DNA of 64,000 nucleotides from Gekko japonicus (Eukaryota). The position numbers were made by a program, and so were the translations under genes. The notes under the pieces were generated by a model. It was not told the DNA's origin and made no database searches. It worked only from the letters and a program-made list of their open reading frames with translations. Location: contig NW_015175992.1 of NCBI RefSeq assembly GCF_001447785.1, positions 410,662 through 474,661 on the forward strand, written 5' to 3'. Shown piece after piece: positions 38,977 to 51,345 of this stretch. Each line of letters begins with the position of its first letter. Position 1 is the stretch's first letter.

Positions 38977-39107
38977 GCTATGGAGTTCAGTATGATTTTC
39001 TGGACCCACGTCAGCTGACTGCCTCCCTTGAGTCTCGTCTTGTTCAGCGGCTCTTCTTCGCAGGACAGATAAATGGCACAACGGGCTATGAGGAGGCTGC
39101 AGCCCAG
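38977..39107 (+). CDS. MTO1: MTO1 exon 7
   Basis: YGVQYDF...[19 protein letters not shown]. Confidence 0.96.
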
Positions 39108-40267
39108 GTTAATGTGTTGGAGAAATTGTGGCAAAAATAGATTTTGCTGGGAAATTTCTTCTGTTGTTGCTAGAGACGTGCAGCCAAAAACTTGACTGGT
39201 TATGTCAAACAATAAGTGATTCCAAATAGGCCAGTCTGGCCTGGGCTCCTCAGGGCTTGGGAGCTGAGCAGGGTCAGCCGTAGTCAGTATTTGGATGGGA
39301 GACCATCAAGGAAATTGGGGATTGTTGCGCAGAGAAAGGCACTGGCAACCACTTCCCCACTCATCACTTGCCTAGAACACCAGTGGTTGGGGTCACAATG
39401 AGTTGGTTGCAACTTGACAGCACATTTTTCTTCACCTCTGATTCTCCTAACCATCCACACCTCCTCTCACAGTCAGTTTTTCTGTCTCAGGCTGTGCTCT
39501 CAGGCCTTTGCCTCTTCCTGTTGTTTTCTGGACCTCTCTGCTTTCCAACTTCCTGTTTTGAGGCCTGTCTTCCAAGGTCACAGGATTGTGATTGTCATTT
39601 TGAGGGGAGGAGGAATGGGAGCCGTTACATGAGCCATGTGCAGGGAGGTGGTGTTGCTGCAGGAGGGCAAAGGTTGAGAGCTCACCCACCCACTGTTGCA
39701 TGAATCAGGTGGGTGGAGCTAGTGGCACTGCCAGTAGTTGGCTGGGAGGATGGTGGGAGCTGATGATGAGTGGGGAGGAAGGGTGGGACAAATCTGGCAG
39801 ATCCCTGCTTGTAAGGTACTTGCTGCAAGCACATTTAGCCCTGTGCTGTGTACCCTTATTCATAAGCTGCTGGATCCTGCACACCTGTTGGCATTCTCTG
39901 TTTGTGTTCACCAGAGAACTACTCTGAAGCAATTTAGTTTGCAGCACCAACTCAAGCAGAGCTACAGTCTTCTAAAGTCATTGACTTCAGTGGACTTCAA
40001 AGAATGTAACTCTAATTACCATAATTATGGTAAATACGGTAGTTGGGCACAATAGCATTTTTCATGTGCATACTACATGAACTGCAGCTCTTAACCTTGG
40101 TTGCAGCGTCTTCGGGTAGACAGAATCTATTATAATACATAATGGCTATGGCTTCAGCAACTTTCCCCCCTCTGAGACCTTATACAAGTACTGGCATTCT
40201 CCGTTTGTAGGAACAGTTTATACTATGGCTTCCCTTTGTCTCCTGAGACCTTGTTGCTCTCCACCAG

Positions 40268-40472
40268 GGTATAATTGCTGGAATCAATGCTGGCCTACGA
40301 GTAAAAGGGAAACCTCCCTTTATCGTCAGTCGTACTGAAGGTTACATTGGCGTTTTGATTGATGATCTCACAACTCTGGGCACTGATGAACCATACCGGA
40401 TGTTCACAAGCCGTGTGGAGTTTCGGATGTCTCTGCGTCCAGATAACGCAGACAGCAGGCTCACCTTCCGAG
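40268..40472 (+). CDS. MTO1: MTO1 exon 8
   Basis: GIIAGINA...[28 protein letters not shown]. Confidence 0.96.
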
Positions 40473-40557
40473 GTAGTGGGTTTGTCCAGCAGTGTTTCTT
40501 TGGCACAGATGATTCTGTCTTCCACTTCTTCTTATTTTTCTCTTTTTGCATTGGAAG

Positions 40558-40729
40558 GCTACGCTGAAGCTGGCTGTGTGTCCCAAAAGCGATATGACCA
40601 AGCCTCTCGGATGAATGCAATGTTGGAAGAAGGAATTGAAGCACTGAAGTCTATTGAGTTCAGCGGCACAAAATGGGCTCGATTGATTCCAGAGGCTACC
40701 ATAAGTACTAATCGCAGCTCACTTCTCAG
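40558..40729 (+). CDS. MTO1: MTO1 exon 9
   Basis: [12 protein letters not shown]...; follows an 85-nt intron. Confidence 0.9.
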
Positions 40730-41669
40730 GTATTGGCTGGCCCTTTCTGCTCTTCTGGGGGTTATTTCAATGAGGCCTCAAAAGAACTGTGGTATTGAAA
40801 CACTGTATCCTGTGTTCTTGTTCTGTCATATTGGGCTCAGTCTACAAAGTTGGGCAAAGAACGTATTGGGCTCAGTCTACAAAGTTCTCTGCCTGTGGAA
40901 AAGAGAGGAGCAATGTCCTTGTTTCCTTTTCTTCTTTGCCTCAGCCTTTCTTTGTATAGATGAGACCCCGAACTGGTCTCTGAGTCAGGTGCTCTTTGCT
41001 GAAAGAATCAGTGAGATGAGCAGCATTTACAATAAGATCATCTGTCCTATAGAAACAAATTGTTAAATTGAAAATTGAAAGTAACGCAGTCCTTCGCCTA
41101 GTTCCATCTTTAGTTTTTTTTTCTCACATGATCAACATCTTGATACAAAATTTATTTATTTATTTATTTATTGTCTGATTTATACCCTGCCCTCCCCGCA
41201 AGCAGGCTCAGGGCGGCTTCCAATAACATAAATACATGATAAAAACATACATAATACAGATTAAAACATAACAGTTAAAATAATACATTACAAAGTGCTG
41301 GCGGCAGTTAAAATTTAATCAAGAGGAATGCTTTCAGATGGGTTTCCAGCTTCCAGCATAAAAGTGCCTAGATGTTACTCTGCTCATCAACTCTTATGAC
41401 AGCTGCTCAATGATGACTTTGCGGGCCATGTGCTGTGGTGGCGGCGGCCCCGAATTATATGCCTGGCAGAAGAGCTCCGTCTTGCAGTCTCTGCGGAACT
41501 GTGAAAGGTCTCGCAGGGCACTGATCTCCTCCGGGAGCTTGTTTCACCAGGTAGGGATCGCCACCGAAATTGAAGCCGTGTGTGTGAGAATGAGAGAGAG
41601 AACTGCAATATAAACTGGGGCTCTTTCACTGGGTCTTTTTTCTCCTTGGAAGAAATAACTGACATAATA

Positions 41670-43476
41670 GTCATAGAATCATATAGTTGGAAGGGACCTC
41701 CAGGGTCATCTAGTCCAACCCCCTGCACAAAAACCTCCCCCTCCACACCCGAAGTGACTGCTGTTCCACGTCCAGTTGATGACAAAAAACCTCCAGGATC
41801 CCTGGCCAAACCAGGCTGGAGAAAAATTGCTTCCTGACCCCAAAGTGGCAATCAGTATTCCCTGGGTGTGAAAGAAAGGGCCTTCCTGCCCTCCCTCTCA
41901 TGATCTGCCTAAATTCACAGAATCCGCATTGCTGTCAGATGATCACCTAGCCTCTCTTTGAAAACCTCCAAAGAAGGAGAGCCCAGCACCTCCCGAGGGA
42001 GCCTGTTCCACTGAGGAACTGCTCTGTCGGGAAGTTCTTCCTAATGTTTAGCCAAAAACTCTTTTAATTCCAACCCATTGGTTCTGGGGCAACAGAAAAC
42101 AACTCTGTACCATCCTCTTTATGACAGCCCTTTAAGTCCTTGAAGATAGTTATCATATCACCTCTCAGTCATCTCCAGGTTAAACATACCCAGCTCCTTC
42201 AACCTTTCCTCATAGGACTTGGTCTCCAGACCCCTCACCATCTTTGTTGCGCTCCTCTGGATACGTTCCAGCTTGTCTATATCCTCCTTAAATTATGGTG
42301 CCCAAAACTGAACACAATACTCTAGGTGAGGTCTAACCAGAGCAAAGTGGTACCATCCGCATGATCTGGACACTATACTTCTGTTGATGCAACCCAAAAT
42401 TGCATTTTCCTTTTTAGCAATCACATCGCACTGCTGACTCATGTTCAGTGTATGATCTACTAAGACCCTTAGATCCTTTTCACACATACTATTGCCAAGC
42501 CTCCCCCAACCTATAATTATGTATTTGATTTTTCCTACCGAAATGCAGAACTTTACATTTATCCCCATTGAAAGTCATTAAATTTCTTTTAGCCCAGTTT
42601 TCCAGCCTGTCAAGATGATCCTGTATCCTGTATCCTACCCCTCCCAATTTAGTATCATCTGCAAATTTAATAAGCATTCCCTCTATCCCTTCATCCAAAT
42701 CATTGATAAAGATGTTGAACAAAATAGGTCCCAGGACAGATCCCTGAGGCACTTGTCACTCCTCTCCAAGAGGATGAGGAACCATTCACAAGCACTCTTT
42801 GGGTGCGATCTGTCAACCCGTTACAGATCCACCTAACAGTCATAGGATCCAAACCACATTTTTCCAATTTGTCAACAAGAATATTATGTGGAACCTTATC
42901 AAAAGCCTTATTGAGATCAAGATAAACTATGTCTATAGCATTCCCCTGATCCTGCAAGGTAGTAACTTTCTCAAAAAGTGAGATACGGTTAGTCTGACAT
43001 GACTTGTTCTTGAGAAACCCATGCTGGCTCTTAGTAATTACAGCCATCCTTTCTAAATGCTCAAGGTCTGTTTGATGATTTGTTCTAAAACTTTCCCAGG
43101 TAACGACATCAAGCTGACGGGTCAGTAGTTACCCAGATCCTCCTTTTTCTCCTTCTCCAGTCTTCTGGCACCTCACCTGTTCTCCAAGAATTCTCAAAAA
43201 TAATGGACAGAGGCTTCCACTTCGGCGAAAGGGCAGGATAAAAGCCAAATAAATAAATAAATCCACAAGTCCGTTTAGTACCCTTGGATGCAGCTCATCT
43301 GTCCCCAAGGACTTAGTTACATTTAAAGAAACTAGTGTTTATGTACTACCCCATGCCGATCCTAGGCTGCAACTCTCTTCCCTCATCATGTGTTCTGTTT
43401 TTGCCATATTGAACACTGTTTCCCTTGCAAGAGAAGACTGAGGAAAAATAGGAATTGAGCAGTTCTGCGCTCTCTC
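41670..43476 (-). mobile_element. CR1 LINE (ORF2 RT, internally deleted) in MTO1 intron 9, interrupted by HAL1-like copy C
   Basis: QHGFLKNKSCQTN; DIVYLDLNKAFDKVPH; [17 protein letters not shown]; KFADDTKL; TCTATGA tail. Confidence 0.9.
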
Positions 43477-45135
43477 TTTTTTTAAAAAATTGTTTTATTC
43501 CCTCTCCTAAAAAGGAGAGATATTTCGCTTAAAATTCAGAAAAATAGGGAAGGTATATAGAGGGATAAAGAACAGAGTTGAGTGGTGTTAGTGTATTAGT
43601 ATATTATTCCTTTAGTATTAAAAATTAAGGTCAATAATTTCTTCTGCAGTCAGGCGCTCTTCTTTTCTTCTGTATCTGTTAACAAAAGCAATTAATATGT
43701 TAGTACTGTCCTTCTGAGATTAATTTCCCTTTCAAAGTGTAGTCCAAAAGAAGAAACTTAAACTTTGGCATCTTTTCCTCTTTTTTCTCTCAGGTTATAT
43801 TTCGAACCCGTCGCTCCTTTAGCTTCCTCGTCTTTCACCTCTCCCTCCGAGCTGCTGTCTTCCCCGCTTAATCCCGACATCCACTTGGCCAGTTCTGCCT
43901 TTTCTTCTTTGCTGGTGTGCCTTTTCAAAAAATCTTGAGCCTTGAATATAGAGTCTATCTTTTCTCTTTTATCCTTAAACTTAAAAACCAGTCCTTCGGG
44001 CACCAACAATTTATAACTCGTTTGATGATTTTGTAAGAACATGGTCAATCCTTTATATTCCTTTCTTTTCATTCTGATTTCAAATGGAACATCTTTCAAA
44101 ATCCTGATCGGTTGGTCTCCAATTTTCAGGGGCGTTGCTGATGCCACCTTTAAAATCTGGTCCCTGAGACGTTGCTTTGTGAATTTCACAACCACTTCTG
44201 CTGGCAACTTATTTTTCTTCGTAAAATTGGAATAGGCCCTATAAGCCAAATCCAATTCTTCTTTTATTTTTTCCGCTTCGTTGCCAGTCAGTGGTGCTAA
44301 AGCCGCTGGCAAAATGTCTCTTAGGTCCTCTCCATTCTCTTCTTTCAGTCCCTGAAATCGGAGAGTTAAATTTGCTTTCTCCATTTGAAGCATTAGCAAT
44401 TTATTGTCTTGTTTTTCTTGATGTTTTTCCACTTTGATGACCTTCTTCTTAACTTTCTGTACTTCTTCTGCTGATGCCAGGCATTTCTTTGCAATATCGT
44501 CTACCTTTTCGGCTGTCTCTGTCATCTTCTTCTGTTGAAGACCATAGGCACTTTCCATAGAATCTAGTTTTAGGTTGATTTTTTGCAGTTCCTCCAGCAG
44601 ATGGCGTGCAAGATCACCTTCTTGTTGATTGACAGCAGTTCCAGCAGGGGAAGGGCTTGGACAGGAAGTCCCTCCCATCTTCTTCATCTGCTTCTCTAGT
44701 AGTTTTCTCGGCCCCACCATATTGCAACTTTGTTTACACTTTAAAAGTTCTTGCCGTAACTCTCAGGGATGGCTCCCTCCTCTCCGCGTTCTTCTCCCTC
44801 TCAGAAGGTAATGCGTTTTTTCAATTTTTTGCTTCGCCCCTCCCTTGCCTTTAAAAAGTCTCTTATTCATATGGGGGGGAATCCTCCCTCCCTTCCGCTT
44901 CTTGGGGGGGTGAAGCCCTTTTATGCCGCCGCTTTTATTTTGAACGCCAACTTACGGTTCATCGCTTGTCTCGTTGATGTGACTTAACTTTAGCGCTCCA
45001 CCACCCCGCTGTTCCGGTGGCGTTGCTAGTCCCCATAAGGGGCAAGTCGCAGCCGGGGCCGTTTGGGGTAGAGGGAGAGCCTCAATTCCCGACCTTCTGG
45101 TCGGCAAGAGGCTTCTCCCCAAAGCACCCCCTTTC
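43477..45135 (-). mobile_element. ORF1-only L1-like retroposon (HAL1-like), copy C, about 115 nt 5'-truncated
   Basis: 5' and 3' UTRs homologous to copy A; AATAAA plus A tail; no ORF2; no TSD visible. Confidence 0.85.
43758..44720 (-). CDS. Intact 320-aa L1 ORF1p-like protein (coiled coil, RRM, CTD, acidic/basic tail)
   Basis: Open from ATG 44720 to stop; heptad-rich N-half; NLTLRFQGL, LAYRAYS, VVVKF, IRILKDVPFEIRMKR, YKLLVPEGLVFK. Confidence 0.85.
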   Translation of the reverse strand: MVGPRKLLEKQMKKMGGTSCPSPSPAGTAVNQQEGDLARHLLEELQKINLKLDSMESAYGLQQKKMTETAEKVDDIAKKCLASAEEVQKVKKKVIKVEKHQEKQDNKLLMLQMEKANLTLRFQGLKEENGEDLRDILPAALAPLTGNEAEKIKEELDLAYRAYSNFTKKNKLPAEVVVKFTKQRLRDQILKVASATPLKIGDQPIRILKDVPFEIRMKRKEYKGLTMFLQNHQTSYKLLVPEGLVFKFKDKREKIDSIFKAQDFLKRHTSKEEKAELAKWMSGLSGEDSSSEGEVKDEEAKGATGSKYNLREKRGKDAKV

Positions 45136-46039
45136 TCTCCTACTCGAAATGTTTCCCCAGACACATCATCCCCCCCCCGCAGTTATAAGAACAACCAGCC
45201 CCCCACCCACCCAGTGTTTGTCCACAATTGGCTGCTGTAACTTGAGAGCTTTTACACAGGGAGCAAGAGTCCAGGAGCACTTTAAAGACTAACACAACTT
45301 GTGGCTGGGGAGGAGATTTCACTGCTGACTTCTTCAGATACAGCTAAAAATCTCGGGCAGTTGCATGCAGCCCGGGGTGAGGTGCTTTTTGTCAGGAGGT
45401 GCCTCATAGGGAGGAGAGAGCTTTTCTCATTCGTCTGCAGCACTGAGAGGCTTAAGGCAAGCGAGCAGCTTCCTAGAGAGGCTGAGCAAGGAGAGAGGGC
45501 GGGAGAGAGGAAGGGCGGGTGGTGGGAGAGGCTTTGCTATTTGAATTGCCAAAGAGAGGAGGAAGGGCTTCAGAGCTGCAACAGGAGGAGGAAAAGCCTT
45601 GTTGCAGCCAGGTCCCGGGAAGGTTTACTCACAAGTCATGGGGGGAAATAAACTTTTCAGTCCTGGAAGAGAGAAATGCAGCTGTTGAGTTAGTGTTTTT
45701 GATGGGGGGAGTTGGGATTAAATGGTTCTAAAACATCTGTTCCCTGTAGACAAAGTTTCTGCTTCTCCTTAATGGCTTTCTCTGCTGCCCCAGTTGGCAC
45801 AGAGGACCCTGCCCACCTGTTGGGGAGCCTGGGGGCAGAATTGGGCATGGGGTGGGGAGCTATCCATGTCATGGTAACATCAAGACTAGACTACTGTAAT
45901 GCACCGTACATGGGTCTCCCCTCAAAATCAGTTCAGTTGTTGCAGAATGCATTTATGTTTGAAAATTGGTGGGTGCACCGGGGCGGGGGGCGGGGGGGCA
46001 GAAGGTAGCCTCACCTAGTGTGCAGAAAAACTTGACACC

Positions 46040-48200
46040 GGCCCTGACCAGGCCACCCTTCTTTACAAGTAGGGCTCAAACAAAATAATATACAATCTCA
46101 GATTAAAATAAATTAAAACAAGCCAATAAGTACCAGTACATGGACAACATTGTCAAAATAGCAAAAATACCTCATATAAAAGATGACGGAAAACTCCAGC
46201 ACCCTTGTCTCCCTGGGGGGGGAGGGATAAAGAGGGATGGGGACATGTGAGAGTGGCAAAGGCTACCCCCATTGTTATCCTCAACTGAAGTCCCGACGGA
46301 ACATGTCTGCCTGACATGCCCTGCGGAATGGTAACAGCTCCCGCAGGGCACGGATATCTTCCGGCAGGGCATTCCACCAGGTGTGGGCCAGGACAGACTT
46401 CTCTCGGGCCGGGGACCACCAGGAAGTTCTTATTTCTTGAGCGTAACAGCTCTTCCAGATGCATACAGAGAGAGGCGGTCCCGAAGATATGTGGGTCCCT
46501 GACCGCTAAGGGCCTTAAAGATCAGAAGCTGAACCTTGAACCTGATCCGGTGCTCCACTGGAAGCCAGTGCAGCTCGTGCAGCACTGGTTGAATATGTGT
46601 TGTCCGTAACTGTATTTTGGACCAGTCAGAACTTCCGGGTCAGATGCAAGGGCAGGCCTGCGTAGAGTGAATTACCGTAGTCTAACCTGGAGGTGACCGT
46701 TGTATGGATTACCATGGCTAGGTCAGGGCAAGACAGGTAGGGAGCCAGCTGCCTGGCCTGGCGGAGTTGGAAAAATGCCTGGCTGGCAACCTGAGCTTCC
46801 ATACAGTCTAAGGTCACACCCAAACTTCTGACGGTCTGTGCCCAAACGAGGCCCTCCCCCGCCCAGCCACAGAACCTCCATCTTTCCTGGATTCATTTTC
46901 AGTCGAGACTGTTTTAACCATCTCACCACAGCCTTCAGGCCCTCAGCTAAATTCCTGGGAACAGTATCCATAGCTACAAACACAGGAAAGAAATTCACAA
47001 CTGTTTTAAATTGGAGCGATTAATACATCTTAAGGGAAGCACGGTTGCCCATCCTCCTAATCAGAACCGAGATTCACTTTCCCTATGAAGAAATGTTAAA
47101 GCTTGGGGCTCTTTAGCTTGGAGAAATGACGGCTGAGGGCTGACATGATCGAGGTTTATAAGATTATGCATGGGATAGAGCAGGTAGAGAAAGAGGTACT
47201 TTTCTCCCTTTCTCACAATACAAGAACTCGTGGGCACTCAATGAAACTGCTGAGCGGTCAGGTTAGAATAGATAAAAGGAAGTACTTCTTCACCCAAAGA
47301 GTGATTAACACATGGAATTCACTGCCACAGGAGGTGGCGGCAGCTACAAGCATGGATGGCTTCAAGAGGGAATTAGATAAGCATATGGAGCAGAGGTCCA
47401 TCGGTGGCTATTAGCCACAAGGCGTAGATAGGGACTCTGGGGCAAGTGATGCTCTGTATTCTTGGTGCTTGGGGGGGGGGGGTCAACAGGGGGGGGGCTT
47501 CTAGTGTCCTGGCCCCACTGCTGGACCTCCTGGCACATGGTATTTTTGACCACTATGTGACAGAATGTTGGACTAGATGGGCTATTGGGCTGATCCAACA
47601 TTGGCTTCTCTTATGTTCTTATGATACATCATCCAGAATTTCTGGAGCTGTTTGGCCGCCGCTCTTTCAGTTACCTTACCCAGAAACGAGAGGTTCGAGA
47701 CTGGGTGGTAATTGGTCAGATCCATAGGATCTGAGTTTGATTTTTTTTAGGAGCGGAACAACCATCGCCTCCTTCAGCCCCTCGGGAAAGGTTCCAGAAC
47801 CCAGGGACAGATTGATAATGTCTTCGAGGGTGCCTCGTAACCTCTCGCTGCTGGCTTTCACCATCTTTGAGGGGCATGGATCCAAGAGGCAATTGGTTGG
47901 CCTAACAGCACCCAGGATTATTTCGACATCGGCCTGGGAGAGCCAACTGAAGGTGTCAAAAACCAAATCCAGAGACGGCCAAGGGGCCTCCAGTTCACTT
48001 ACTGTATTAGTATTGGCTGGAAGGTCACGGCAGTGACGAGACTTTATCTGCGCAAATGCCTCACAGCTTAAGGTTGAATTTCTATTACTTTGGGTCCTTT
48101 CAGACAAGGACGTACGGTAATTATCCTGAATAGTTGTGCCGGGTGAGAGATGCAATGGAGGCTGCTCTTTCTTTGCAGTCTTCACTGCCATCTCATAGGA
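46040..48200 (-). mobile_element. L2-type LINE fragments (interrupted by CR1)
   Basis: LDPCPS..VK; MVVPLLKK; LKMNPGKMEVLW; VTSRLDYGNSLY. Confidence 0.7.
47075..47623 (+). mobile_element. CR1 LINE 3' fragment
   Basis: DMIEVYKIMHG...TRGHSMKL...FFTQRVINTWNSLP; TTCTTATG tail. Confidence 0.85.
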
Positions 48201-48921
48201 TTTTATAAGCGTCCTATAAGATGAATCATGAATAATACTATTATTCAGACTTCTGTGTGGATTTAGATTGTGTTAGGATTTGTAGCTAAAATGTGGAATT
48301 TATTTGCTGGCATATACAAACAGAAACTAAAGCTGTGGAATTCAGATAATTACAAGCAGCATCAGAAAAACAAACTTGCACCCAATCATAAATTCAAGTA
48401 CATGGGATTAGCATTGCAAAAACAAGGCCTGATGCTGTTCCTTTATTTTATACAGACCTAATTCTTACTGCAGTTGCCAAACCTGTGCTGCCGATTTTGG
48501 TTGCTGGAATATCTGTGGTATTTCTCCGTAGTTACCTTGCACTAAAATGCTGTGTTTCTTCTGTTTTATATAGTCACCTTCTCATACCCACTGTTGGTTT
48601 CTGGTAGAAAATGGGTTTCTTGTGTATTGTAAGTTTCTTTGGGTTTCTCCTGTATTGTTCCTTTGTAAGTGGTCTCTCGTGCTATATTATAAGACACCCA
48701 TATTGTTTTGTGCTTGAAAAATGCCTAATGCAATGTATTCAGGATTCATACACAACAGAACTACAGTAATGCAAGAACAACTTAGACTTGTAAATGTCCT
48801 AAAAGGCTGTGAGGATAGATATTAGCAAAGATTCATTCACTTATGTCACACGAACAAAACCTTTATTGGCATGACATTCACTGATGTAATAATCAGCAAT
48901 GCTTTATTTCTGTTTCGCCAG

Positions 48922-49040
48922 CGCTTTGGACATCCTTCAGTACCAAGAGGTCAATATGGAGATTTTGGCAAGAGTTTTCTCAGAGCCCCTGAAAAAGTTT
49001 GCTGAATGGAGACAACTGGCTCAGAGGTTGAAAACAGAAG
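48922..49040 (+). CDS. MTO1: MTO1 exon 10
   Basis: ALDILQYQEVNMEILA...RLKTE; AG/GT boundaries. Confidence 0.92.
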
Positions 49041-49489
49041 GTAAAGAATACCACCAAACACCTATGAAGTACAGTATCCAGGAGAATGTTCTCTTTTGGC
49101 GCAGCTAGCTCAGAGCAGACATTTTCTGCAGTTCCAGGGCAGACTGTTTTGAGTTCTATACAAATTGCTTATTATTGCTGTTATCTCAGACAGCTCCTGG
49201 CCCTGGAGAATTATATTATTTGTCTTCTCTCTGGCAGTGGCAAGTGTAAATTTAGATATAGACTACTGTATTGAATAGATTTGAGGCATTTGCAGATGGA
49301 CAGTTGCTGTGTCCAGTTATCCACATTCATATCATTTTTAAGGTGACATCACAATATTGAGTTCTAAGGGTCCAGAAGTAGTAGTTTATTTGCCAGTATC
49401 TTCTATGGTCTATGCTGTTGAGGTTTTCAAGTATTTTCTTCATTTTCTGGAGTGGTTACCCTTCTGTTCATTTTCATTGTCCTTGAAAG

Positions 49490-49647
49490 CTGTATACAAG
49501 CGGCCTGTGTCCTTTCAGAGGGCTGAAATAGAAGAAGTGCGTCGAGATGAGGCTCTCCAGCTGCCAGAGGATCTGGATTATTTTGCCATCAATGCATCAC
49601 TATCCCAGGAAGTGCGAGAAAAATTGGATTCCCACCGACCTCAGACG
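49490..49647 (+). CDS. MTO1: MTO1 exon 11
   Basis: DEALQLPEDLDY...LSQEVREKL..RPQT. Confidence 0.93.
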
Positions 49648-49964
49648 GTAAGGAGTTGGCATGGAAAAGGGTAACGTATTACAAAGAAGCTGTGCCTTTG
49701 AACTTAGTTAATTTCCAAATGCATTGCTGTGATAACTGAGGAACCACTGGCACATTTGGAGGGAGGGGTTTGCTTGTTAAGGAACCAGGTGTACTTTGAA
49801 TCCCCACAGACATTTCTGGCTGTACGTTTGGGAATAGTAAGCATTTAATTGATACTCAGTTTTCACTAGTGCTCTGAATGCATAGGGTTGGATTTTAAAG
49901 CAGAAGAGATTCTTGTGACTGAGGAGGTTACCACTGTTAATGGAACAGATCCATAGGATCCAAA

Positions 49965-50185
49965 TAGGGTTGCCAGATCTGGTTTGGGAAATACCAGGAA
50001 ATTTGGGGGGGGGGGTACCTGGGGAGAGCAGGGTTTGGGAAGGGGAAGGGCCTCCGCATAGTATAATGCCATAAGAGTCCACCCTCCAAAGCAGCTGTTT
50101 GCTCCAGGGGAACTGATCTTGATAATATGGAGATCAACTGTAACAGCGGGAGATCTCCATATGCCACCTGGAGGTTGGAAACCTT
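49965..50185. mobile_element. Short TIR element (TAGGGTTGCCA...TGGAAACCTTA)
   Basis: Imperfect terminal inverted repeats. Confidence 0.55.
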
Positions 50186-50423
50186 ATATGTAACCCATTC
50201 TTTAACTTTGCTTTTATTTTTATTACCCAAACTAAACCTAACTAAAAGAGGAGAATGGGTGGCAGAAAGAAATAGAATGACTTGTATAGGGCAATGAAAC
50301 AACCCTAGTCTTATAATAAGTATTGTCACTATTCATGACGAATCCAGCATCCTCCTCCCCTGCCCCCCACAAAAGAGGTCCAAGACCTAGACTATAAATA
50401 CTGTAATATGTTTCTGCTTTTAG

Positions 50424-50534
50424 ATTGGAGCTGTCAACCGAATCCCTGGAATTACACCAGCTGCTATTTTCAATCTGCTAAAATTTGTGAAAATCAGTCA
50501 CCAAAGAGCAAAAAGAACAGAGGGGATTAAGTAA
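50424..50534 (+). CDS. MTO1: MTO1 exon 12 (last coding exon)
   Basis: [23 protein letters not shown]...TAA at 50532-50534. Confidence 0.92.
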   Translation: MGAVNRIPGITPAAIFNLLKFVKISHQRAKRTEGIK

Positions 50535-50727
50535 TTTATCTAGAACTGATAGCCTCTTTTCAGATGCAGATTTGCTGGGGCAATGAAAATTTAAAGTTGC
50601 TGATGGAAATATTCTTTTGTGCAGAAGCCATTAAACTTATTTATATGTGGTCCCTGAGCATGTGGCTATAAGATTGTCCGCATAGTATGAATGGATGGAC
50701 GACAGACATATTTGTAGTAGTACAGTA

Positions 50728-51345
50728 CAATAGAATGGGAAGAACTAGATATCTCTTCAAGAAAATTGGAGAAATCAAGGGAATGTTCTGTGCAAAGCTG
50801 GCCATGATAAAGGACAAAAACGGTAGAGACCTAACAGAAGCAGAAGAAATTAGGAAAAGATGGCAAGAATACACAGAAGAACTATACAAGAAAGACCTCG
50901 ATGTCCTTGACAACCACGATAGTGTGATCACTGACCTCGAGCCAGACATCCTGGAATGTGAAGTTAAATGGGCCTTAGAAAGCATTACTAGCAACAAAGC
51001 TAGTGGAGGTGATGGTATTCCAGCTGAGCTATTCAAAGTCTTAAAAGATGATGCTGTTAAAAGTGCTGCACTCAATTTGCCAGCAAATTTGGAAAACAGT
51101 GGCCACAGGATTGGAAAAGGTCAGTATACATTCCAATCCCAAAGAAGGGCAATGCCAAGGAATGTTCAAACTATCGCACAATTGCACTCATGTCACACGC
51201 TAGCAAGGTCATGCTCAAGATCCTACAAGCTAGGCTTCAACAGTACGTGGATAGAGAACTGCCAGAAGTACAAGCTGGGTTTCGAAGAGGTAGAGGAACT
51301 AGAGATCAAATTGCCAACATTCGCTGGATTATGGAGAAAGCAAGA
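50728..51345 (+). mobile_element. RTE-BovB LINE internal fragment just downstream of the MTO1 stop
   Basis: LTEAEEIRKRWQEYTEELY; KASGGDGIPAELF; SHASKVMLKILQARL...QAGFRRGRGTRDQIANIRWIMEK. Confidence 0.88.

Noticed and set aside
39245-39315. 5S rRNA gene
   Set aside because: Only a short degenerate 5S-like stretch (also near 37790-37820), consistent with a 5S-derived SINE fragment
43758-44720. L1TD1 orthologue, or ORF1 of a full-length L1
   Set aside because: Three dispersed copies with A tails (two with TSDs) and no downstream ORF2, so this is a mobile family rather than a syntenic gene
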